From NCBI GenBank assembly GCA_002452835.1, contig DKFO01000072.1:9902-73901 (forward strand): a stretch of 64,000 bases of DNA, in the 5' to 3' direction. Below the pieces are notes generated by a model. The model saw only the letters and a program-made list of their open reading frames with translations. It had not been told where the DNA came from and ran no database searches. The translations under genes and the position numbers were made by a program. This DNA is from Candidatus Atribacteria bacterium UBA6794. Its GTDB lineage: Bacteria > Atribacterota > Phoenicimicrobiia > Phoenicimicrobiales > Stramentimicrobiaceae. Of this stretch, positions 40,803 through 49,058 are shown one piece after another (positions within the stretch are counted from its first letter, which is position 1; each line of letters opens with the position of its first letter).

Positions 40803-41885
40803 TTATTTAATTAAAGCTTTCTGTTCCTCAACTGCTTTTTCTACTGTTTCCAGTGCTTCGTTAATTAAATCAATACTAATTACAGTCTGTAACCATTCAA
40901 TAACAGGTCCTTGAGTTGCTTCTTTAAATTGATTCAATTCTTCTTCGGTTGGCGCATAGACTTCACACCCATGATCAAGTACTGTTTGTAATCCTACCAC
41001 ATTGGAATTTAGTAATTGCAGACCGCGACCAACACCTGCTGAAATTCTGGCAGAATCTAAGATAATATACTGTAAATCTTCAGGTAAGCTTTTAAAGAAT
41101 TTGTCATTGATTAAAAACCAGTCTACTCCATAGACATGACCATCAAGAGTGATATATTTCTGGACTTCATAAAGTTTTGCAAAAACGGTAGAAGAAATCG
41201 GATTTTCTTGACCATCTACAACCCCAGTCTGTAAAGCAGTATAGGTTTCAGTCCAGGCAATTGGAGTGGGACTGCCCCCTAATGCCTTTATCATATTTAC
41301 ATAAAGAGGAGTTTCCATTACCCTGATCTTTAAACCTTTCACATCTGCTGGACTCTTAATTGGTCTTACATCATTGGTAAAATGTCTGAACCCGACTTCA
41401 GCAAAGGCTAAATTTCTCATCCCGGTCTTCTCCAGCATCAATTTGGAAAGTTTGTCACCAAATGGGCCATCCAATACTTTCCAGGCTATTGCTTCTGAAG
41501 GGAAGAGATAGGGAATGTCAGTAACCATAGCCTCAGGTAAAAATCCTCCTAATACACCTGAAGCAATACCAGCCTGGACCGTTCCAGCCATAATTGCTTC
41601 TACATATTCACGTTCAGCACCAAGGGCGCCTGCTCCATAGACCTGCACTTCTATTCTTCCACCACTTTTAGCATTTACCATATTGGCAAAAAATACACAC
41701 TGAGCATGCTTCCTGGAAGTTAAAACATCTGTAGCATCAGCATGAGCCAGTTTCAATATGATCGGCTGATCTGCCGCCTGTACTGAAAACACAAAACAAC
41801 TTAGTACCATTAATATAGCTAACATTAATAATACTGATTTTTTACTAAACATTCTTTTTACCTCCATTTTTTTCTTACTTCTCAT
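40803..41885 (-). CDS. dctP: TRAP transporter substrate-binding protein
   Basis: Signal peptide plus DctP-family body (ILKLAHADATD ... arginine-containing carboxylate-binding region). Confidence 0.85.
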   Translation of the reverse strand: MRSKKKMEVKRMFSKKSVLLMLAILMVLSCFVFSVQAADQPIILKLAHADATDVLTSRKHAQCVFFANMVNAKSGGRIEVQVYGAGALGAEREYVEAIMAGTVQAGIASGVLGGFLPEAMVTDIPYLFPSEAIAWKVLDGPFGDKLSKLMLEKTGMRNLAFAEVGFRHFTNDVRPIKSPADVKGLKIRVMETPLYVNMIKALGGSPTPIAWTETYTALQTGVVDGQENPISSTVFAKLYEVQKYITLDGHVYGVDWFLINDKFFKSLPEDLQYIILDSARISAGVGRGLQLLNSNVVGLQTVLDHGCEVYAPTEEELNQFKEATQGPVIEWLQTVISIDLINEALETVEKAVEEQKALIK

Positions 41886-41989
41886 TTATTACTTCTTACT
41901 TATTGCTTGTTACTATAATTCTCTTTAATCATCACCCCCTTACCTTCTTTTTAATTGTTCTATTTTTTTATTTTCTAGAGAAAACTTCA

Positions 41990-42958
41990 TCAGCAGGGCC
42001 AGGCAACAGTATAGATATGCTTACCTCCCTCGGAAGGCCCTTTAAGTAGTTTGTCAATTTCCTCTTTATCTCTCTGGGTCATATATTTTGCTTCTGGCAA
42101 TACCCCTGGGGGAAATTTCTCCAGGATATCATTATGCAATTTCACAACATAATCCAGATAGGTTTCAATTGCCTTAAAGGCCTTTTCGGCCTTGGCTAAA
42201 GATGGTTTCCCCAAAACGCCTTCTGGATAAACTACACACTCAATACCACCACCACCGATATGACTCTGACCAGGAATGGGATAACCATAAATATCTCCGC
42301 CTTTATCAATATGTCCTTCTGGTAAAAATCCCCAGGTCTTGGTATCCACTGCATTTTCCATCTGGATAAATTCCGGGAATAAGGCTAAACAGATAGAATT
42401 CTCTGCCTCATCACCATGTCGGAAAGGGGTTTCAAATTCACCACCATGGGCTTTATCTTTTAATCCTTCTCCCATAATTTTGGTCACATCCAAAAATATA
42501 ATAATAGCCGGCACCTGGTACCTCTTCCCCCATTCCTGTATAGCAGAAGGAATGATGTATTCCTGTCCGTGGCTACTCATTATAAGTTGTTTACGAAATC
42601 CAGCATTCCAAAAACCAGATATAATGGCTCTCATATAGGCAGAATTTACTTCATCTGGAATAGGCACCGTGCCTTTCTGTCCTAAATGAGAAAAAGGATG
42701 AGAAGCAAACCAAACTGGTTCGCTAACGGTACAACCGGTCTTCTGGGCAATTAACTCACACATGCGAGTTACAATGAAAGTATCCTCACCATAAGGCTGG
42801 GCATCGCCATGATTTTCGGTAGAACCTAAAGGAATAAGAAGTATATCATTCTTTTTGAGCCTTTCTTCCACATCTTTTTTGGTCATGGTCTGATAATAAA
42901 TCTTATCCGGCCTTTCCATATGACCCTCTTTGGGAGGTAAGTTCCATTTATTACTCAT
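41990..42958 (-). CDS. creatininase-family amidohydrolase
   Basis: LIPLGSTENHGDAQPYGEDT matches the creatininase-family metal-binding motif (LP.GS.EQHG). Confidence 0.65.
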   Translation of the reverse strand: MSNKWNLPPKEGHMERPDKIYYQTMTKKDVEERLKKNDILLIPLGSTENHGDAQPYGEDTFIVTRMCELIAQKTGCTVSEPVWFASHPFSHLGQKGTVPIPDEVNSAYMRAIISGFWNAGFRKQLIMSSHGQEYIIPSAIQEWGKRYQVPAIIIFLDVTKIMGEGLKDKAHGGEFETPFRHGDEAENSICLALFPEFIQMENAVDTKTWGFLPEGHIDKGGDIYGYPIPGQSHIGGGGIECVVYPEGVLGKPSLAKAEKAFKAIETYLDYVVKLHNDILEKFPPGVLPEAKYMTQRDKEEIDKLLKGPSEGGKHIYTVAWPC

Positions 42959-43042
42959 TATCTCTTTAACTCCTTCTTTTATTTCAATAATATTATTATT
43001 CTATTTTTTATTTTTAATATATATATTTTTATGTTTCATCTT

Positions 43043-43420
43043 TTATTTTCTATGACTTGGTAACTGGGGAGAATAAATCCAGACAAATCGTAATACTTCA
43101 TCCCCGGTATTTAATATTTTGTGTGCTTTGCCAGGAGGATTATAAATAACAGTGCCCGGGTAAAGATCAATCTCTTCATCCTCAGTAACAAATTTCCCCT
43201 GACCGGAAACAAAATACATTACTTCTTCCTGAATATCATGCATGTGCTCGGGAACCATACCACCAGGATAAGTTTCATTTATCCCCATAGCAATGTTTTT
43301 AGAACCAACAGTCTTTTCAGAAACCAATATCCAGGAGGTTCTCGGTGGTTCTCTTCGTTCTCCTTTTACATCTTTTATACGAATAACTTTTACCTCAGAC
43401 ATATTTCCCTCCCTAAACAT
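43043..43420 (-). CDS. cupin domain protein
   Basis: 125 aa. His-containing cupin motifs (PEHMHDIQEEVMYFVSGQG ... PPGKAH). Confidence 0.65.
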   Translation of the reverse strand: MFREGNMSEVKVIRIKDVKGERREPPRTSWILVSEKTVGSKNIAMGINETYPGGMVPEHMHDIQEEVMYFVSGQGKFVTEDEEIDLYPGTVIYNPPGKAHKILNTGDEVLRFVWIYSPQLPSHRK

Positions 43421-43426
43421 CTGAAA

Positions 43427-44173
43427 TTATCTAATTAATATTCCTCCATTTACATCAAGCGAAATACCGGTAATCCAGTCCGATTTGTCAGAAGATAAAA
43501 AGACCGCGGCATCAGCAACATCCTCCGGTAAGCCGTCCTTTAAAATGGCACGGCCAACATTCCAGCTGGCAAAAACCTCTGCCGGATATTGTTTGGTCTG
43601 CTCAGTTAGGATAGGACCGGGACAGATGGAATTTGTATAAATACCACTCGGACCCAGTTCCCGGGCTAAGGTCTGGGTAAGACCAATCACCCCAGCCTTT
43701 GAAGCAGCATAGTTCACACCAACTCCTGGTCGACCGGTTCTACCCCCTAAAGAAGCAATATTTACAATCTTGCCTCTTTTTTGCTTTTCCATATAGGGAA
43801 CCACACATTTGCAGCAGATAAAGGTACCATTCAAATTAACATTTATTACCCGATTAAAATCTTCCAGGGACATTTCTTTAATAGGTTTATGTAAAGAAAT
43901 CCCGGCATTATTCACCAGAATATCAATCTTACCAAACTTCTTATATGCCTCATTCATAGCCTGTTTAATATTCTCTTCATCAGTGACATCAGCTTTAATG
44001 GCCATAACCTTATCTCCGGAGGCATCTAATTCCTGGGCAAGATTACTTATTAAATCATATTGAATATCAAAGAGAGCCAGTAAGGCACCTTCTTGAAAAA
44101 ACTTCTCGGCAATGGCCTTGCCTATCCCTTTCCCGGCACCAGTGACAATTGCTACACAGTCTTTTAGTTGCAT
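43427..44173 (-). CDS. SDR family NAD(P)-dependent oxidoreductase
   Basis: TGAGKGIGKAIA cofactor motif. YAASK catalytic motif. Confidence 0.85.
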   Translation of the reverse strand: MQLKDCVAIVTGAGKGIGKAIAEKFFQEGALLALFDIQYDLISNLAQELDASGDKVMAIKADVTDEENIKQAMNEAYKKFGKIDILVNNAGISLHKPIKEMSLEDFNRVINVNLNGTFICCKCVVPYMEKQKRGKIVNIASLGGRTGRPGVGVNYAASKAGVIGLTQTLARELGPSGIYTNSICPGPILTEQTKQYPAEVFASWNVGRAILKDGLPEDVADAAVFLSSDKSDWITGISLDVNGGILIR

Positions 44174-44216
44174 TAATATACTCCCTTCTAATTTAAATTT
44201 TCCTATCTTTATAAAT

Positions 44217-45251
44217 TTATAATCTCTGAGAACTACCTATTTTAGATAAAATATCATTCAACTTTTCCAAAGTTGGTAAAGCAAGTTCGATCCCTTCTTT
44301 TTTTGCCTTTTCTTCTTTCAGAAATTCAATTTCTCCAGGCAAGTAAATTTCGCTAACCCCTTTTACTTTTTTCAATTTTTTAATTGAATCAATATAGCTA
44401 TCGACTTTAGAAGTAAATTCTGCCAGCTTAAGAAAATATTCTATATTAATAGCCACACAAAAGATGCCTACTCCACATGGCCCTTCTAATTTGTGAAAAG
44501 TTTTCACTTCCGGTCCATATTTAGCCCCAGAAAGCATACCAGCTAAAATATCAATAACCATGGCCAGACCAGATCCTTTAGGACCACCAATAGGAAGTAA
44601 GGTGCCCTTTAATGCCTCTTCAGGATCGGTGGTCGGATTCCCTTCCGCATCCAGTGCCCATCCTAAGGGAATAGACTTTTTATTTCGCTGAGCCTGTCTG
44701 ATTTTCCCCCGGGCAACTATACTGGAAGACATATCTAAAATAATTGGCTTTTGTTCTTTAGCAGGAATGGACACCGAAAAGGGATTGGTCCCTATAAAGG
44801 GCTCGCTACTTCCCCAGGGAGCAAGGGCAGGAGCAGCATTGGTGGCAGCCAGGCCTATCATACCATTTTGAGAGGCTATCTCTGTATAATACCCTAAGAA
44901 ACTGATATTATTGGTATTCTGGACAGAGGTGAAGGTAATACCAAATTTCCTTGCCTGCTCAACACTTTTCTCCATAGCCCTTCTTGCCGCTATCTGACCC
45001 AATCCATTCCCTCCATCAAGGATAGTAATGGCATTATTTTCTTTAATCACCTTTACTTTAGTAGGTATATTTAACATACCAGCTTGAATACGATCAAAAA
45101 TGGGAATTAATAAATAGGTTCCGTGAGTAGAAATTCCTCTCATATCTGCCTTTACCAGACAATCAGCAACCAAGGAAGAATCGGCTTCATTTTCTCCATA
45201 AGCCTTTAATATTTCAATTGCAATATCTCTCAGCTTTGCCTCATTAATCAT
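44217..45251 (-). CDS. Ldh2-family (malate/L-lactate/sulfolactate/2,3-diketogulonate-type) dehydrogenase
   Basis: N-terminal Ldh_2 pattern (ADCLVKADMRGISTHGT). 344 aa. Confidence 0.8.
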   Translation of the reverse strand: MINEAKLRDIAIEILKAYGENEADSSLVADCLVKADMRGISTHGTYLLIPIFDRIQAGMLNIPTKVKVIKENNAITILDGGNGLGQIAARRAMEKSVEQARKFGITFTSVQNTNNISFLGYYTEIASQNGMIGLAATNAAPALAPWGSSEPFIGTNPFSVSIPAKEQKPIILDMSSSIVARGKIRQAQRNKKSIPLGWALDAEGNPTTDPEEALKGTLLPIGGPKGSGLAMVIDILAGMLSGAKYGPEVKTFHKLEGPCGVGIFCVAINIEYFLKLAEFTSKVDSYIDSIKKLKKVKGVSEIYLPGEIEFLKEEKAKKEGIELALPTLEKLNDILSKIGSSQRL

Positions 45252-45927
45252 CAGTCTTTTCCTCTCTTAAACCTAAGGATTTAAATATCTCATCTAATTT
45301 GTTATATTCTACGCTGCTTATTCCCGATTTAAGTGCCTCTGCCTTAACTTTTTCTTTTTGTATTCGGTCTAGAGATTTAGCTAATACCTCTTCACACTCT
45401 GCATATCTTACCACCACCATACCATCATCATCTCCTAAGATAAGATCACCAGGATAAACAGTGGCACCACCAAAATTAAGAGGGTAATTGATTAATCCCA
45501 GTGTCTTTTTATCCGTTCCTCTAATCGATATTCCTCTACAAAACACTTTAAAACCCTGCTTAATCATGTCTTCCGAATCTCTAACACATCCATCAATAGC
45601 CAGCCCTTCCAAGCCTTTGGTCACCGCCTGGGTGGCCATCAAATCACCCCAATAACCATATTCATATAGATTGCCTACTGCAGCAACAATAACATCTCCC
45701 TGCTGGGAAATTTCTAAGGCCTTATGTAACATAAGATTATCTCCTGGGGCTGATTGAACAGTAAAGGCTGGACCGCATATCTTCATTCCTCTGGCTAATG
45801 GTTTTATCTGGGGGTCTATAAAGCCTTTCTTACCCGAGGCTTCATAGACAGTAGCTACTGAAATATTTCTAAATTTTTCAATTATTTCCTGAGATACCCT
45901 TGGTATACTGTTAATAATATGGATCAT
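45244..45927 (-). CDS. RraA-family protein (class II aldolase/oxaloacetate-decarboxylase-like)
   Basis: RraA-like blocks GDVIVAAVGNLYEYGYWGDLMATQAVTKGLEGLAIDGCVRD. Confidence 0.8.
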   Translation of the reverse strand: MIHIINSIPRVSQEIIEKFRNISVATVYEASGKKGFIDPQIKPLARGMKICGPAFTVQSAPGDNLMLHKALEISQQGDVIVAAVGNLYEYGYWGDLMATQAVTKGLEGLAIDGCVRDSEDMIKQGFKVFCRGISIRGTDKKTLGLINYPLNFGGATVYPGDLILGDDDGMVVVRYAECEEVLAKSLDRIQKEKVKAEALKSGISSVEYNKLDEIFKSLGLREEKTDD

Positions 45928-45990
45928 TTAATTCCCTTTCTTTTTTCTTATTAGTATAATTATTAACACAGTTCTATTGTATTAGTATTT

Positions 45991-46653
45991 CTAAATAATT
46001 AGACTCTTTTCCAGTTTGCTATTATAGTAACCTTCTTTTATTCTGGCCTCATTATTATCAATATGCTCGATGTATTTTTGAATAGCCATCTCTTTATCGG
46101 GGGCTGCAATATATTTTAATATCTCTTTATGTTCTTCAATGGCACTGATATTCTTTTTTTTGTCCACACTATCTACCGTCTTATAGGAACAATAGTAACT
46201 TCTGTCCATGATATTATTCATCTGATTGGTAAAAATGGAATTATCATAAAGGTTAAAGAAGAGGAGATGGAATTTTTTATCATATTTATGAAAATTTTGG
46301 ATATCTTTATTCTGTAAACATTCAATCATATGGTCATTATATTCTGAAAGTATGTTTACATGTTCCTGAGTTAAGAAAGGAAATACCCTCTCAAATACAT
46401 AACGACCAACTACTCTACGATATTCAAATATCTCTGTGAAATATTTTTCTTTAACTTTAGGCACATAATATCCTATGCCCGGTAATTGTTTAATTAGCCC
46501 TTCCTGACTCAGGCGATTACAGGCTTCTCTGACCGGGCTGTATCCAATATTGATTTCCTTAGATAATCTTCTCACACTGAGATATTCTCCCTCACATGAA
46601 TTAATCTTCTTTTTTATCAGGGAATAAGCCTTATCACTCAAAAGTGTAGTCAT
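45991..46653 (-). CDS. GntR family transcriptional regulator (FadR/FCD subfamily)
   Basis: N-terminal winged HTH (YLSVRRLSKEINIGYSPVREACNRLSQEGLI). C-terminal all-helical FCD-like domain. Head of the cluster. Confidence 0.8.
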   Translation of the reverse strand: MTTLLSDKAYSLIKKKINSCEGEYLSVRRLSKEINIGYSPVREACNRLSQEGLIKQLPGIGYYVPKVKEKYFTEIFEYRRVVGRYVFERVFPFLTQEHVNILSEYNDHMIECLQNKDIQNFHKYDKKFHLLFFNLYDNSIFTNQMNNIMDRSYYCSYKTVDSVDKKKNISAIEEHKEILKYIAAPDKEMAIQKYIEHIDNNEARIKEGYYNSKLEKSLII

Positions 46654-47018
46654 AAGCTGAAGGCTCCTTTTTATATTAATAACTTTATAAATATGATATA
46701 TCAGTTTTATATCAATGTCAAATAAAAAAATAATTTTTTAATTTCTGCAGCTATTCTCATTCTGTTAACAAATTAATTAATTCCTGTTACAATTTACGTC
46801 AGTTCAAATTTAGGAATATTTGCTTTACCCTTTTGGTATGGTCATGATAGAATAGAAAAGCTGATGAGGGAAGGAAGAGGGGTTTCAGGGGGCGGAGCCC
46901 CTTAATTATCTTGATAAATATTTTTGATAAAAATATTTCTGCTACAAAATGCTCTAGATAAAAAGAATAAGTGGCACTAAATGATTAAAAATATATTTCA
47001 GAAAAGGTAACAATTTTA

Positions 47019-47645
47019 ATGAGCAGTGAACGAGGTCAAGAAATAGCCAATAGTATTACTCATGGCATCGGGGCTATATTAAGTATAGTTGGACTTATTA
47101 CCTTACTTTTTATGGCCGTTAATAAGGGAGATATCTGGCATATAGTAAGTTTTACTATTTATGGGGCCACACTTGTTTTTCTTTATCTCTGTTCTACTAT
47201 ATATCACAGTTTATCTGATAGAAGAAAAAAATATATTTTTCAGATTCTTGACCATGTAGCCATCTATCTTCTCATTGCCGGTTCTTATACCCCCTTAACT
47301 CTCTTAACTCTACGAGGACCATGGGGTTGGTCTCTGCTGGCAATAATATGGGGAATGGCTTTCACAGGTATTTTGCTCAAAATCTTCTTTTTTCAAAAGA
47401 CCCAAATAATCTCCATGATCCTTTACATCATCATGGGATGGCTCATCATAGTAGCCATAAAACCTCTGCTGGAGGCCATCACCTCAGGAATGTTGTACTT
47501 AATAGTTGCTGGTGGGCTATGCTACTCTCTGGGGATTATCTTTTTTATAAATCCCAAGATACCGTATAATCATACCATCTGGCATCTCTTTGTCCTGGCA
47601 GGTAGCTTTTGCCACTTTTTAGGATATTATCTTTTTCTTGCTTGA
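47019..47645 (+). CDS. hemolysin III / PAQR family membrane protein
   Basis: Seven TM helices with conserved His-containing motifs (ANSITHGIGA, STIYHS, HTIWHLFV). Confidence 0.85.
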   Translation: MSSERGQEIANSITHGIGAILSIVGLITLLFMAVNKGDIWHIVSFTIYGATLVFLYLCSTIYHSLSDRRKKYIFQILDHVAIYLLIAGSYTPLTLLTLRGPWGWSLLAIIWGMAFTGILLKIFFFQKTQIISMILYIIMGWLIIVAIKPLLEAITSGMLYLIVAGGLCYSLGIIFFINPKIPYNHTIWHLFVLAGSFCHFLGYYLFLA

Positions 47646-48002
47646 TCATAAAGAGCGTTAAAGGTATCACTCGCTATTTGGGGGCTTTCTTTGATATGTT
47701 TTCCCTTCTCTATCTCATCCTCTTGTTTATTCATTGATTCAAGCAATCTGGTTTCCATCTCGCCCATAAAAGCAAGATATCCTTTGATGGCTTTTTGCTG
47801 GTGGGTGTCGAACAAACTAAGGGGGAAAAGGATAGCTACAAGTTTCGGATTGCCAAGATACTCCTGATGGCTACTCCATTGGTAATGGAGGGCATCAACT
47901 AAATTGGCACGGAGCGGATTCTGGTGAATATTAGGAACGATTATTCCCCCGAACAATGACCTGATAAAGGGCACCCTCATAATGAATCCTTGGTTTTCTG
48001 GC
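47627..48002 (-). pseudogene. degraded Y1/HUH (IS200/IS605-like, REP-associated RayT-type) transposase: N-terminal 23 codons, frameshift and internal deletion, then C-terminal segment
   Basis: Manual translation from the ATG at 48000-48002 gives MARKPRIHEGALYQVIVRGNNRS followed by a stop, the hallmark N-terminus of this family. A shifted frame continues ...IHQNPLRANLVDALHYQWSSHQEYLG (NPxRAxLV ... WSS motif). The ~100 aa HUH core expected between them is absent. Confidence 0.6.
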
Positions 48003-48160
48003 CATGACTATCACCTGCCCTATTTTTTTCAGTATAGGGTAATATTGTGTATCGGTGAAGTTTGACCCTTTATATTGTATATTGCAACGAGAGGCAAAGC
48101 CCCAGAAAATAGAGGTCTGATGATTGTCAGTAGAACCGTCCCCTTAACAAATTTGACAAT

Positions 48161-48523
48161 TTACAATTGGGAATATTTTTCAAATGCCAGGGTAATTTTA
48201 ATAGCCTCTTCTACTTTTCTTAAATAGCTATTATCTATAGAGCCTATTTTATTTATTATAAGGCTTTTGTCTATAGTTCTGATCTGCTCACATTGTATAG
48301 TACTATCTTTTGTTAAACCACTTTCACCCTTATTAATCCATACATGACTGGGATATTTCTTTTTAAACCGATCTCTACTGGTAATAACAGCTATAATAGT
48401 AGTTGGAGAAGCTGAATTAAGTACATTATTTTGGATAACCAAACAAGGTCTTATCTTACCACTTTCTGAACCTCTTGTCGGGTCCAGATTTACATATACC
48501 ACATCTCCCCTAAATATATCCAT
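48161..48523 (-). CDS. mazF: type II toxin-antitoxin system toxin, PemK/MazF family endoribonuclease
   Basis: RGDVVYVNLDPTRGSE.GK.RP.LVIQ pattern typical of MazF/PemK. 120 aa. Confidence 0.8.
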   Translation of the reverse strand: MDIFRGDVVYVNLDPTRGSESGKIRPCLVIQNNVLNSASPTTIIAVITSRDRFKKKYPSHVWINKGESGLTKDSTIQCEQIRTIDKSLIINKIGSIDNSYLRKVEEAIKITLAFEKYSQL

Positions 48524-48529
48524 TTTTTA

Positions 48530-48778
48530 TTATAGATTTTCTCCATCAACATATTTAAAATCATCGCATATTTCCAGATTTAATTTTTCAGTATCTTTGC
48601 CTTGTTCGATTAATTCTTTTTTTAATATTTCCATTTTTACTTTTTCGATATATTCTTTGGTAGCTTCTCGGACAAAATAACTGAAATTAATATTCATTTC
48701 CTGGCTTAATTTTTTAGTTTCTTCTAATAGATTATGTGGAAAACATATATTCTTTCTTATCATATTAATTCCACTCAT
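48530..48778 (-). CDS. antitoxin (RHH/MazE-like) cognate to MazF
   Basis: 82 aa ORF, 6 bp upstream of the toxin and co-oriented; small DNA-binding-like N-terminus. Confidence 0.55.
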   Translation of the reverse strand: MSGINMIRKNICFPHNLLEETKKLSQEMNINFSYFVREATKEYIEKVKMEILKKELIEQGKDTEKLNLEICDDFKYVDGENL

Positions 48779-49058
48779 TTATACACACCTCCATATGTTA
48801 TTTATATATATTATATATACATTATATACATTGTCAATGAGGCTTTTTTATACAGATCTTTTATAAATATTTTTTGAAAAAGTAATCCTCTATAACTTAA
48901 TATAGACCTTAGAACTTTAGAAACCGGTAATAAAGAACCTTAAATATATTAGCAAGGTTAAAAACAAAGCCTTTAAGCGAGAGATATGGAAAGGGGTCAG
49001 TCATTGTGAAGGTTTCTCTTAGTATTGTTTTAATTTTAATTTATTCCTCAATAATTAT

